A stretch of DNA of 63,655 nucleotides, counting the filler. It is 4 parts of 4 records of this genome, joined end to end, with 100 filler letters (N's around TTAATTAATTAA, not from the genome) between each part and the next. Parts side by side here need not be neighbours in the genome. Positions count along the whole stretch, not along the records: positions 15,245 to 43,319 come from DRR723986_4823; positions 43,420 to 56,040 come from DRR723986_4826; 2 more parts are not named here. One strand, 5' to 3'. This document shows positions 37,751 through 47,784 of this stretch, piece after piece (within the stretch, counting starts at the first letter, position 1; every line of letters starts with the position of its first letter). Position numbers and translations under genes: made by a program. The notes below the pieces were generated by a model. The model was not told the DNA's origin. It ran no database searches and saw only the letters and a program-made list of their open reading frames with translations.

Positions 37751-40552
37751 ATGCGGATTATGTACAAAAGTAGCTTGGGCAAATTGTTAACTGCCGCGAT
37801 GCTGATGGTAATTGGTTTTGGAGGGGCGCTCCAGACTATGGAGGCTCAAAACGACCAGCTTAGTAATTCTCTGCTTGGTCGCGAGTTCTGGCTGGCGATT
37901 CCCCCAATGATTGGTGATCCTTCGGATGTTACTCCTGAGGATTTGATTCTGATGATCACGCCAATTCGCGATACGCGTATCCGCGTGGAAATTGACGGGA
38001 ATATCCAGGAGCGCGATGCCAAAGCGCTGGAAACCGAGCTGTTTACTTTGAGCCAGTCCGGCCTGCGTGCCACATGGCAGGTAAGTGAAAGTGAGCAGGT
38101 TCTGCCCCTGGGGATTAACGTTTCAGCCAGCGAGCCCATGGCTGTGAGCATGTATAACGGTCGCAATCGGGCCGGAGAAGCGTTCCAGGCCATTCCAGCC
38201 AATAAACTTGGTTATGAATACCGCCACATGGGCTATTACGATCGCAACTTCTCCAATCAACAAAAACGTGCCGGCGGCTTCATCATCGTTGCTACACGCA
38301 ATGGTACCGACGTTGAAATTGAACTGGACGGAATTGGTGAAGGCACGACCGAGGGAGGCCGCGACTTTATTGACCCCGAAATTGATGTAGCTATGAACCG
38401 TGGCGACGTATACATGGTGCGTGGTGCCGGTGAAGCTGTGCAGGGGTCATTTGACATTTCCGGTACGAAGATTACGGCTTCACGTCCTGTGGCCGTGATT
38501 GCATTCCACCAGCAGGTTAACGTTCCAGCTGCGGCTGCAACCGCCGCCACCGGTGGCCTTAGTGAAATGTTGCCACCAGTTAACACCTGGGGTAAAACAC
38601 ATGTGGCATTTGAGTGGCAGGGGCTTTCCGATGCGCAGATTACACATTATCGCGTCGTTAGCGATGAGAGATTTAACGAAATTCTCGTGCGTTCATATAA
38701 CGGTTCCAATGATCAGTTAATTGAACAAAAAACTGCCAATCTGATTGACGCCGGCGACTTCCGCACTTTTGAAGATATCGACCCCTGGGCCAACCCAGGC
38801 GCATACCTGCGTGACATTACGATTTGGACTTCGGAAAAACCATTCATGCTGATGCAGTATTCGGGTGGTCAGGTTTGGGCTGAAGCGCGTCCGCACATGA
38901 CGGTTGTGCCTTCAACAGACCAAATGGTTAATTCCGCGATGTTTATCACGCCGCCGGAATCAATCTTGTCCAAGGCGATTCGCGTGCACATGATTGCCGA
39001 ATCGATTCCAGACTCACCGGATGAGTCGCCATTTACGCAAATTCGCCTCAACGGCGAAGCGTTAACTGATGTGGCTTCAACCTTGTTTGCCACGTCGGTT
39101 CCCGGTGGCGATTTCTGGTGGGCTTCCTTTACACTGCCGCCCGGCAGCGTATACCAAATGGACGGAGTTTACAAATTTAACGGAATCATTACCGGTCAAT
39201 TTGAGTGGGGTTCATTCAGCCACCCAATTGCGATTGGTCTTAACGATCTGGACGGCTACGACAAAGTACCGCCAACACTCAGCTTTGAGGAAGAGTGTTC
39301 ATCTGTGATTGTTACGGCAGAAGAGAATACGAATGCCGGTCCAGATGAAAACCCACGCCAGATTGACGAAGGAATTGCCGACGTTGGCATCGTTGAGAGC
39401 GAAAGCTCAAACGCACGTCTGGAATATATTTCTCCAGCCAATGTGCTTGGTTTTGAAGGCGTGACGTCATTCCAGTTTCGCATTCGCCCAATTGATCCAA
39501 CCAGAGAAGTGACGGCGCGTGTGCAGGTCCTGGACCGCGCAGGTAACAGCGTCTTTGAAACCATCGAAATTGAAGCCTCTGACGAGTTTCTTGAACTGCG
39601 CCGCCCGCGCGACAACTTTGGTGAAGTGACTGTTGGTGTTGTCCAGGAGAAAATGATTTCGGTTGAAAACCCGACGCTTAAGGACCTGGAAATTACAAGT
39701 GTCGAATTGCTCAAAGATGTTACGACACCATTTGAAATTTTCGACCTGCCGGAAATGCCCGTAACGATTGCCGCAGGTGAAAGCCTGGAAGTTAACGTGC
39801 GTTATATTCCACGTCGCGAAGACATCGGTGACCGCCCGGACAGTGTAATAGTTCAGGGAAGCACCGAATGTAATATCTTTGAACTGGGTAAACTCTTTGG
39901 TAGCGGTGTCAAGTCGGAAGTCACCGTCGCCGCCGAATGGGATGCGGGCTCAGCTCCAGTCGATTCGGAAGAGTGTAATGACGTGTCTGGTGTTCGCATC
40001 AAAAACGACGGCACGGCAAGGTTAACAATTACAAAAGTCGAAGTTGATTCAGAGCATTATAACGCCGATGATTTGAGCGTGACGCTGCCGCATGAAATCG
40101 CACCGAATGGCGGCTTGTCACTGCGTGGGATGTGTTTCACTCCCAAAGCCGAAGGTATGCATGAAGTTGTAGCACGCATCTTTATTGATGATGGCAGCGG
40201 AGAAGAGCCTTACGCCTCACGTTGGTTCGGTACCGGTACACCTAAAGTTGTTGACATCGTAACCGACCCGGCTTTGCCTGGATTTGTGCTCTACGATGCC
40301 GCACCAAATCCTGTTAACCAAAGTGTTAACAATTCGGTGCAACTGCGTTATGCTCTTGGCCAGCCTGCGCAGGCACGCCTCAGCGTTTACGATGCACTGG
40401 GAAATCACGTCTTGACACTGGTTGACGAGTTTCAGTCTTCCGGCGATCATCAGGTGATGTTAAACACCAGCAGTTTTGCTGCCGGTGTATACAGCTACCG
40501 CCTTGAAGCCGGTGCCTTTAACGCTGCAGACCAGTTTGTGGTTGTGCGTTAA
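37751..40552 (+). CDS. Secreted surface protein: IgGFc-binding-like domain, Ig/choice-of-anchor-D-like domains, T9SS type A C-terminal sorting domain
   Basis: Signal peptide; GREFWLAIP, EMLPPVNTWGK; C-terminal PNP...VYDALG...GVYSYRLEAG; start 37751 or 37760. Confidence 0.8.
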   Translation: MRIMYKSSLGKLLTAAMLMVIGFGGALQTMEAQNDQLSNSLLGREFWLAIPPMIGDPSDVTPEDLILMITPIRDTRIRVEIDGNIQERDAKALETELFTLSQSGLRATWQVSESEQVLPLGINVSASEPMAVSMYNGRNRAGEAFQAIPANKLGYEYRHMGYYDRNFSNQQKRAGGFIIVATRNGTDVEIELDGIGEGTTEGGRDFIDPEIDVAMNRGDVYMVRGAGEAVQGSFDISGTKITASRPVAVIAFHQQVNVPAAAATAATGGLSEMLPPVNTWGKTHVAFEWQGLSDAQITHYRVVSDERFNEILVRSYNGSNDQLIEQKTANLIDAGDFRTFEDIDPWANPGAYLRDITIWTSEKPFMLMQYSGGQVWAEARPHMTVVPSTDQMVNSAMFITPPESILSKAIRVHMIAESIPDSPDESPFTQIRLNGEALTDVASTLFATSVPGGDFWWASFTLPPGSVYQMDGVYKFNGIITGQFEWGSFSHPIAIGLNDLDGYDKVPPTLSFEEECSSVIVTAEENTNAGPDENPRQIDEGIADVGIVESESSNARLEYISPANVLGFEGVTSFQFRIRPIDPTREVTARVQVLDRAGNSVFETIEIEASDEFLELRRPRDNFGEVTVGVVQEKMISVENPTLKDLEITSVELLKDVTTPFEIFDLPEMPVTIAAGESLEVNVRYIPRREDIGDRPDSVIVQGSTECNIFELGKLFGSGVKSEVTVAAEWDAGSAPVDSEECNDVSGVRIKNDGTARLTITKVEVDSEHYNADDLSVTLPHEIAPNGGLSLRGMCFTPKAEGMHEVVARIFIDDGSGEEPYASRWFGTGTPKVVDIVTDPALPGFVLYDAAPNPVNQSVNNSVQLRYALGQPAQARLSVYDALGNHVLTLVDEFQSSGDHQVMLNTSSFAAGVYSYRLEAGAFNAADQFVVVR

Positions 40553-40601
40553 GGTCTTAACATTGTCAGTTCGATGGCCTTCGCAAAGGCTTTAAACTTC
40601 A

Positions 40602-40640
40602 AGCGCCGCTCAGTGTCTCACTGAGCGGCGCTCTTATTTT
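40602..40640. terminator. Strong hairpin between convergent genes
   Basis: AGCGCCGCTCAGTG-TCT-CACTGAGCGGCGCT perfect 14-bp stem followed by CTTATTTT. Confidence 0.75.
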
Positions 40641-40737
40641 AAAGCTTGTTGAACTCTCGCTAAAACATTTGAGCCGGAAACGCGGCGCTCGGTTGGGCGC
40701 GATGATTCTACAGATGTCCTGTTAAAGACTTTTTGTC

Positions 40738-41358
40738 TTAAATAGGTGAGTGCGGCGGCGTGCCGGGAGGCATACCGAATGATCCGGCCTGTGGCGCCGC
40801 GGGCGGAGCCTGTGCTGCCGGTGGAGCCTGTGCTGCCGGTGGCTGCGGGTGAACCGCAGATTTGATCACATCAAATGCTTTGCGTTCCTGCGGCGAAGAG
40901 ATGCAGCTGCGCAGAATCGCGAGTGCTTCTTCCAGGCTTGGTTTAGGCAGGAGCAGTTCGCGTTCTTCGCTCGTAGCCTCACGCGCTGAATTGATGGAAT
41001 GCAGCGGGCGATTGTCCTGTATCTTCACCTCACCAGTTGTGAAGTTGTACGACTTGGTGAATGAGAGCCTGTCATCAAACACGACTGTGCCGGTCACGAC
41101 CAGGCGGTCCGAAGCGTCAATCACGTAAGTCTGAGCCGGATTCCAGCGGTAGTGTGATCCGCTGAATTCTGCGCCGGCGGCAGGCTGCTGGTCTTCAGCA
41201 GTTGCGCTCGGGGCTTGCTTGGCCTGTGTTTCGTCCTTTTGCGAACTAGTGTCAAACATCGACTCTACCGATTTGAAGAACTTCTCGACTTCCGGTTTGG
41301 CCGAATCGTACATGTCTTTAATTGCCGTCTCGACGGATCCCTTTTTCTCCGAGCCCAT
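40738..41358 (-). CDS. Hypothetical protein with Pro/Ala-rich C-terminus
   Basis: GGAG RBS before ATG at 41358; 18-bp tandem duplication at 40805-40840 encoding PPAAQA. Confidence 0.7.
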   Translation of the reverse strand: MGSEKKGSVETAIKDMYDSAKPEVEKFFKSVESMFDTSSQKDETQAKQAPSATAEDQQPAAGAEFSGSHYRWNPAQTYVIDASDRLVVTGTVVFDDRLSFTKSYNFTTGEVKIQDNRPLHSINSAREATSEERELLLPKPSLEEALAILRSCISSPQERKAFDVIKSAVHPQPPAAQAPPAAQAPPAAPQAGSFGMPPGTPPHSPI

Positions 41359-41577
41359 TATATTTCTCCAGATAGTATGTCGTATCCACGAATTCACCAT
41401 AGTGTGCAATATACTGGCTTAATCCCAACAAGTTACGCCCAATTTTCGTCAACGGACATGCGGCGGCCTTCAGTGTAGTGCCGGACCGTAAAATTACGAT
41501 CTGCAGCGGCTTTTGGCTGCATTCCGGGCCGCATTCCGCGCTGCCTAAGCCTAATACTCTTAAGAAGGATAATTGTT

Positions 41578-42042
41578 GTGACTCCTGCCCTGCGAACTGC
41601 CAATCCCAATTTCCGCGAGACTATTCTGCATCACCTGCAGCGTCAGGAGTTCATGAAACACATCAACTGTGTGCTGACGACGATTGAGATTGGACATGTG
41701 GTGGCTGAGATCCCACTGGCAAAGGAACATCAGCAGCAGATTGGTTTGGTGCACGGTGGCGTGACGGCTACGATTGCCGACGTGGCTGCAGGTTTTGCGG
41801 GATTCACGCTGGTGGGGCCGGACGAGCACACGGTGACGGCCGAATTGAAGATCAGTTACTACTCGCCGGGGCTCGGCGATAAACTGATTGCGGTTGGGCG
41901 CGTCGTCAAACCCGGCCGCCGCATGCATTTCTGCGAAGCCGAAGTATTTGTGGAAGGGCCAAAAGGCCGCAAGTTGATTGCCAAAGCCACAACGACGATG
42001 GCCGTGATTGATCCGGGCGAAAAAGGCCTACTAAAAGATTAG
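41578..42042 (+). CDS. PaaI family thioesterase
   Basis: QQIGLVHGGVTATIADVAAG, VTAELKISY hot-dog fold motifs. Confidence 0.9.
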   Translation: MTPALRTANPNFRETILHHLQRQEFMKHINCVLTTIEIGHVVAEIPLAKEHQQQIGLVHGGVTATIADVAAGFAGFTLVGPDEHTVTAELKISYYSPGLGDKLIAVGRVVKPGRRMHFCEAEVFVEGPKGRKLIAKATTTMAVIDPGEKGLLKD

Positions 42043-42210
42043 AGATTTGGTCGGTGTTTTGATCAATAACTTGATCAATAAATCGCCGTTTCGGCGCTAC
42101 ACGAACCGGCCTTTTTCAGCGTCAATTACAAGACTGCTCTTGTGGTATTCACAGCAAAAAGACACACGTCACTCAGAACTCACTAAAGCTCAAAAAAAGA
42201 CGGTGGATCT

Positions 42211-43319
42211 ATGAACTTCCAGAAATTGACGCTCAAGGCGCAGGAAGCAATGCAGGCGGCACGGGAACTGGCCTCTGCCAATTCGCATCAATCGATTGAA
42301 CCGCCACATGTGCTGCACGTTCTGCTGCAGGATGACGGCGGCATCATTACACCCATGCTGATGAAACTGGGTGTGAATGTTCAGCATCTGGCCTCCGGCG
42401 CTGAAGCCGAGATGGACAAACTGCCCAAAGTCAGCGGCGCAGCCCTCGGCAATCAATATCTCTCTACGGACATGTCCAAGGCACTTGAAGATGCACTGCG
42501 CGAAGCGCAGACTCTCAAAGACGAATACGTCAGCACCGAACATCTGCTGATAGCTCTGGCGGAGCAACGCGGCGGAACCGGCCGCATTCTGCAGGATCAG
42601 GGTGTGACGCGTGAGACTATCATGCGCATCCTCAAGGAATTCCGCGGCTCACGCCGCGTCACAGACCAAAATCCCGAAGACAAATATCAGGCGCTTAAGA
42701 AGTACGGCCGCGTCCTCAATGACGAAGTCCGCAAGGGCAAAGTCGATCCGATTATCGGCCGCGAAGATGAGATTCGGCGCGTGCTGCAAGTCCTGGCGCG
42801 CCGCACCAAAAATAATCCCGTCCTGATCGGCGAGCCCGGCGTCGGCAAAACTGCGATTGCCGAAGGCATAGCCCAGCGCATTGTAGAGGGAGACGTGCCC
42901 GATTTGCTGCGTTCCAAATCTATCGTTGCACTCGACCTTGCCTCGCTGGTGGCCGGCGCGCAATTCCGCGGTCAGTTTGAAGAACGCCTCAAAGCTGTCA
43001 TCGAAGAAGTCACTGAGTCAGATGGCGAAATCATTTTGTTTATCGACGAGCTGCACACGCTTGTGGGCGCAGGTAATGCCAGCGGCAGCATGGATGCTGC
43101 CAACATTCTCAAGCCCGCGCTGGCGCGCGGTGAGTTGCGCACCATCGGCGCCACGACTCTTGATGAATACCATAAGCATATCGAGAAGGACGCCGCGCTG
43201 GAGCGTCGTTTTCAGCGTGTCCTGATCGAAGAGCCGAACGTAGAAGATGCCATCTCAATCCTGCGAGGCCTGCGCGAAAAGTACGAGGTGCACCACGGCG
43301 TGCGCATCACCGACGCCGC
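42211..43319 (+). CDS. clpB: Chaperone ClpB, 5' part (truncated by contig end)
   Basis: Clp N-domain, [38 protein letters not shown]. Confidence 0.9.
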
Positions 43320-43419
43320 NNNNNNNNNNNNNNNNNNNNNNNNNNNNNNNNNNNNNNNNNNNNTTAATTAATTAANNNNNNNNNNNNNNNNNNNNNNNNN
43401 NNNNNNNNNNNNNNNNNNN
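43320..43419. other. Artificial contig linker
   Basis: 44 N + TTAATTAATTAA + 44 N. Confidence 0.98.
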
Positions 43420-44045
43420 GCCCCATTCCGGCTGGTGAAGTCACTAAGTGGCAAGCCTGGGTGTTCTTGGTGTTCCAATGCCTTATAGGCCTTGGTGTCC
43501 TTATACAGTTTAACGAGTTTGCCATTTATCTGGGGTTGGGGTCTTTGGCCTTGGTGGCGCTTTACCCCTTCATGAAACGCTGGACCAGCTGGCCGCAGGC
43601 GTGGCTGGGCCTCACCTTCAATTGGGGTGCGCTAATGGGTTGGGCAGTGTTGGACGGTGCGTTAAGCTGGGCTGCGGGGGCATTGTACATCGGCGCCGTG
43701 TTCTGGACGCTTGGCTACGACACTATTTATGCGCATCAAGATAAAGAAGATGACGCCCTTATTGGTATTGGCTCAACGGCATTGGTCCTTGGAGAAAAAA
43801 CAAGAATTGCCCTTTGGGCTTTTTACAGCCTGTTTTTTGTTGGCCTTTTTTCGGCCGGAACGCTTGCAAACCTTGGTTTAATCTTTTATGTCGGCATCGC
43901 GTTTGCCGGGATTCAGCTCGCAGCGCAGATTCGAGCGGTGGATATTGATGATCCTGACAAATGCCTTGAAGTGTTTCGCTCGAATACGGATTTCGGATGG
44001 ACGGTGCTACTAAGCTTTATGCTAGGGCATTATTCTGTCTGGTGA
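43420..44045 (+). CDS. ubiA: 4-hydroxybenzoate polyprenyltransferase, 3' part
   Basis: YPFMKRWTSWPQAWLGLTFNWG, YDTIYAHQDKEDD. Confidence 0.93.
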
Positions 44046-44083
44046 ATGATTGTTTTTAACTCTCCCGATTGAGGAATAGTTCG

Positions 44084-44617
44084 TTGAATATTGATAAAAT
44101 TGCTGTTGGCGAGAACGCCCCTTGGGACGTGAATGTTATCATCGAAGTGCCGGTGGGAACCGAGCCGGTTAAATATGAAATGGACAAGGACTCTGGTGCC
44201 TTATTTGTAGACCGCATTATGCACACAAGCATGCGCTATCCGTGTAATTATGGTTTCATCCCACATACGCTGGCTGATGACGGTGACGCTGTTGATGCGC
44301 TGATCGCAAACCGCACACCCATTATGCCGGGTGCTGTTGTACGGTGTCGGCCGCTGGGTGTGTTGATCATGGAAGATGAAGCCGGGATGGATGAAAAGCT
44401 TTTGATGGTGCCAGTTGCCAAACTTCATCCGTTTTATGATGACGTCAAAAGCTATGAAGATCTGCCACAAATTTTCCTCGATCAAATTGCGCATTTTTTC
44501 CAGCATTATAAAGATTTGGAGAAAGACAAGTGGGCCAAGATTATTGGTTGGGAAGGCGCTGAGAAAGCCGCATCTTTGATTGAACAAGGCATTGCAGCGG
44601 AATTAGCTGCTAAGTAG
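44084..44617 (+). CDS. ppa: Inorganic pyrophosphatase
   Basis: KYEMDK, YPCNYGFIP, DGDAVD, FFQHYKDLE; GAGGA RBS before TTG at 44084. Confidence 0.95.
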   Translation: MNIDKIAVGENAPWDVNVIIEVPVGTEPVKYEMDKDSGALFVDRIMHTSMRYPCNYGFIPHTLADDGDAVDALIANRTPIMPGAVVRCRPLGVLIMEDEAGMDEKLLMVPVAKLHPFYDDVKSYEDLPQIFLDQIAHFFQHYKDLEKDKWAKIIGWEGAEKAASLIEQGIAAELAAK

Positions 44618-44641
44618 GCCCCGTATCAGCAACGAATATTT

Positions 44642-44666
44642 AAGCCCGGTTTTGCCGGGCTTTTTT
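44642..44666 (+). terminator. Rho-independent terminator after ppa
   Basis: AAGCCCGGT-TTT-GCCGGGCTTTTTT. Confidence 0.8.
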
Positions 44667-44759
44667 ATGTTTTGTGCTCATATTCATCAATATTCACCTT
44701 GTAGGCATTCAATGACTTGGCATGAATATCTTCATAACAACCCAGATATGGAGAAAAAA

Positions 44760-45923
44760 ATGATCATGTCACGACGGATAAAAAAATACATTTATGCCTT
44801 TGCTGCAGCACTATCTTTAACGGCATCCGCACTAGCGCAGGACCATGCAAAATATGACCAGGCAATTGAAACCATCATGGCGGCTGAGAAGGTGCCGGGT
44901 TTGGCGCTTGCCATAATTGAAGGTGGGCAAGTCACTTACAAAAAAACCTATGGGTACCGGGAAATAGAGACGCAAACACGGCTCGATAGCGACACAGTGA
45001 TGTACGGTGCCTCTATAACTAAGTTCGTGTTTTCCGCCTTTGTTATGCAACTGGTTGATGAGGGTAAGTTAGACTTGGACCGCTCTATCGCTGACCTGCT
45101 GCCTAAACCACTACCTGAGTATGCGCGCTTTGTTGACTTGGCAAATGATGACCGCTGGCGCTTGCTTACGCTGCGTCAGTTACTCGGTCACACAAGCGGC
45201 TTCCCAAACTTTCGTTTCTTTTTGCCAGATGGTGGCTTTGACCGGGATGCAAAACTGAAGTTTTTCTATAATCCGGGTGAACGGTATGGCTATTCAGGCG
45301 AGGGCTATTATGTCGCGCAGTTGGTTGTAGAAGAGGCGCTGGGTATTAAAACCGGACCAGAACTTCAGCGTCGATTTTTTGACCCGCTCGGTATGAGCAG
45401 AACAAGCCTGACGTGGCGCGAGAGTTTTCGCCCTAATTTTGCGCAAGGCTATACGGTAGACGGCGAAAACCTGGGGCATAATAAGCAGTCAAATGTTCGT
45501 GCTGCAGGATCAATGGACACAACGCTTAATGACCTTTCAGCCTGGGTTGCTGCCTTTATGCGCGGTGAGCTTTTGAGTGAGCGTGCGCGTGAGGAGTTAT
45601 GGTCAGGTGGTATGCCTATCACCTCGAGCCGCCAGTTTCCTACGTTAGACAATACAGTGGAACCGCGTAATGAGGAGGTTAAACTGGCTGCGGGAATTGG
45701 TGTTGAAACATGGCAAGGGCCGCAGGGTCGTGGTTTTCTCAAAGGCGGTCATAACGAAAAAACCGACAATATGCTTTTGTGTTTAATAGATGCAGACAAA
45801 TGCATAGTTCTTCTGTCGAACACGGCTAAAGGTGACCGTATGTTTCCGCAAATCATTGAAATGAATATGGGTGACACTGGTTTTCCGTGGCATTGGAAAT
45901 ATTCAAGTCTAAAAACGGAATAG
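44760..45923 (+). CDS. Secreted serine hydrolase (beta-lactamase class C-like family)
   Basis: Signal peptide (ALA-Q), SITK (SxxK), LLGHTSG, YGYSGEG, KGG. Confidence 0.88.
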   Translation: MIMSRRIKKYIYAFAAALSLTASALAQDHAKYDQAIETIMAAEKVPGLALAIIEGGQVTYKKTYGYREIETQTRLDSDTVMYGASITKFVFSAFVMQLVDEGKLDLDRSIADLLPKPLPEYARFVDLANDDRWRLLTLRQLLGHTSGFPNFRFFLPDGGFDRDAKLKFFYNPGERYGYSGEGYYVAQLVVEEALGIKTGPELQRRFFDPLGMSRTSLTWRESFRPNFAQGYTVDGENLGHNKQSNVRAAGSMDTTLNDLSAWVAAFMRGELLSERAREELWSGGMPITSSRQFPTLDNTVEPRNEEVKLAAGIGVETWQGPQGRGFLKGGHNEKTDNMLLCLIDADKCIVLLSNTAKGDRMFPQIIEMNMGDTGFPWHWKYSSLKTE

Positions 45924-45927
45924 AGCT

Positions 45928-45955
45928 AAAAAAAGCCCGGCAATGCCGGGCTTTT
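45928..45955. terminator. Bidirectional rho-independent terminator
   Basis: A7-GCCCGGC-AAT-GCCGGGC-T4. Confidence 0.82.
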
Positions 45956-46060
45956 AATGCGAGGGTATGCGGCGCGGGGGAGCCGCAATGGTTTTGGGGA
46001 GATACCCTCTTGGTTCTCTTTGGGCTTAATTGGTGGAGGCCATTAAGCCTTTTCTGACTG
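45928..46060 (-). ncRNA. Candidate 3'UTR-derived structured sRNA with C-rich anti-SD loops
   Basis: Stems GGCTTAAT/ATTAAGCC, GAGGGTAT/ATACCCTC and GCGGC/GCCGC; minus-strand loops CCUCCA, CUCCCC, UCCCCC; ends in a terminator with U7. Confidence 0.4.
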
Positions 46061-46441
46061 TTAGCCTTGCTTAAAGTGGAAAAAATTAAGCTTGTTACCA
46101 TCCAGGTCACGGAAATAAGCGGCGTAAAAACCGCTATCCTCACCGTCGCGCATGCCAGGCGCACCTTCATCGGTTGCGCCCAGTTCCAACGCTTTGGCAT
46201 GTAACCTGTCAACGGTTGCATGGTCAGGCGCTGATATTGCTACCATCACGCCATTACCAACTGTTGCTGGCTTTTCATTGAATGGTTTTGTTACAGAAAA
46301 ACCGGCCTCACCGCCATTGGACCACACTTTAAATGTGTCCATATCCATAACGCGCTGAGCGCCCATTTCACCAAACAGCGCGTCATAAAATTCCGCTGCT
46401 TTATCTATATCATTCGTACCAACTGTTACGTATCCAATCAT
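46061..46441 (-). CDS. VOC (glyoxalase/bleomycin resistance) family protein
   Basis: MIGYVTVGTND, GNGVMVA, DEGAPG, FYAAYFRDLDGNKL; AAGGAG RBS. Confidence 0.92.
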   Translation of the reverse strand: MIGYVTVGTNDIDKAAEFYDALFGEMGAQRVMDMDTFKVWSNGGEAGFSVTKPFNEKPATVGNGVMVAISAPDHATVDRLHAKALELGATDEGAPGMRDGEDSGFYAAYFRDLDGNKLNFFHFKQG

Positions 46442-46544
46442 ATGTATCTCCTTTTGCTTATTAATGAATTTACAGTTTTGCTGCATTGAATTGTCGTGCT
46501 CGGGCCTCAATATTTTAAGGCAATGACACTATACTGACGCCCTA

Positions 46545-46561
46545 CTGACAGAATATGTCAG
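46545..46561. promoter_or_regulatory. Palindromic operator, probable site of the adjacent WYL regulator
   Basis: CTGACA-GAATA-TGTCAG between the divergent VOC and WYL genes. Confidence 0.65.
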
Positions 46562-46603
46562 GAGTGATAGGGTAGAGTTGTGTATGTTGTTTAGGAGCAT
46601 TTG

Positions 46604-47299
46604 ATGCGTAAAGCTGACCGCCTGTTTGAAATTATTGAGATGATGCGCACTCGTGACACCGCCGTAACTGCGGCGCAGTTGTCAGACGAATTAAAGGTGT
46701 CTGAACGAACGATTTACCGCGATGTTAGAGGCCTGCAAGGGCAGGGCGTGCCCATAGAAGGGGAGGCCGGTATTGGCTATGTGCTAAGGCCTGGGTTTCA
46801 TTTACCGCCGTTGATGTTCACCATGGACGAGCTTGAAGCGGTGGTGTTGGGCGCGCGCTTAGCGGGTCAGCGCGGTGATGTGGGGCTTGAAAAAGCAGCA
46901 GACCGTGTGGTGTCAAAAGTTAAGTCGGTTTTACCCGATCATTTGCAAAACCGCATGAACAGAATAGCCTTATATGCACCCCCAACGTATGACGTGGGCC
47001 ACGGTGTGGTTGAGATGCCTGAAATTCGTGAATGTATTCGCACAGAAAATAAAATCCGTATAAAATATGACAGCCTGTCTGGCAAAGCCAGTGAGCGCAT
47101 CATATGGCCGGTTGCAGTGGCGTTTTTCTCAGGCAGTACGCTACTTTCGGCTTGGTGTGAGCTAAGGAATGACTTCCGGCATTTCAGAACAGACCGCATT
47201 GTAAAATACGATATTCTTGAGGAAAAGTTTAATGGCGGCAGTGGTCGTTTGCTGCGAGCATGGCAGGATGCGATGACAAAACACAAAAGGACAGACTAG
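46604..47299 (+). CDS. YafY family HTH-WYL transcriptional regulator
   Basis: MRKADRLFEII, VSERTIYRD, GEAGIGY, LPPLMFT, WCELRNDFRHFRTDRI. Confidence 0.93.
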   Translation: MRKADRLFEIIEMMRTRDTAVTAAQLSDELKVSERTIYRDVRGLQGQGVPIEGEAGIGYVLRPGFHLPPLMFTMDELEAVVLGARLAGQRGDVGLEKAADRVVSKVKSVLPDHLQNRMNRIALYAPPTYDVGHGVVEMPEIRECIRTENKIRIKYDSLSGKASERIIWPVAVAFFSGSTLLSAWCELRNDFRHFRTDRIVKYDILEEKFNGGSGRLLRAWQDAMTKHKRTD

Positions 47300-47341
47300 G
47301 GCGAAGTACCTTGCGATGAGAAAATAGTGTCAGGGGGATTA

Positions 47342-47608
47342 TTACCAGTCTGGCTTCACTTCGGTTTCGCGCAGTACTCGCCGGTAAGGATAGGGCAGCC
47401 GGTTGGTTGTTGCGCTCATCAGTCGGTCAAAAATACGAATTTTGCGACGAGCCCAACGGACCGCGCGCGCAGCAGACGGTGTTGTTGGAATTAAAAACAT
47501 CAAGCCAAAAATGAAGGGCACAATGCCCAGTGGTATAGGCGTTAGCATACCAATGATACCAAATACGCACAGTATTACGCCGATTATTCTGCACAAAATG
47601 CGCATCAT
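47342..47608 (-). CDS. Small hypothetical membrane protein (PGPGW-like helical hairpin)
   Basis: GGAG RBS; two TM helices joined by LTPIPLG; basic tail. Confidence 0.7.
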   Translation of the reverse strand: MMRILCRIIGVILCVFGIIGMLTPIPLGIVPFIFGLMFLIPTTPSAARAVRWARRKIRIFDRLMSATTNRLPYPYRRVLRETEVKPDW

Positions 47609-47784
47609 TAGGTTTCTCCGCTCGCTGTCATTTTTATTGTCGTTTGATAGTATATAAGCATGGTTTGTGGCTGGTTCAAGGCACTCTAGGCTTCTGGCGC
47701 ACATATCACAGGAGTTGTGCCAGCACCCAAACTGATATAATCACCTCCTAGTTTTACCGACCTGATGATAGCGAAGGGCCGAAG

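Noticed and set aside
44760..45923. Antibiotic-resistance beta-lactamase
   Set aside because: YSG instead of YxN and KGG instead of KTG point to the broad serine-hydrolase family; resistance is not supported
46604..47299. WYL protein as a marker of an anti-phage island
   Set aside because: YafY-type regulator among housekeeping genes; no defence effectors nearby
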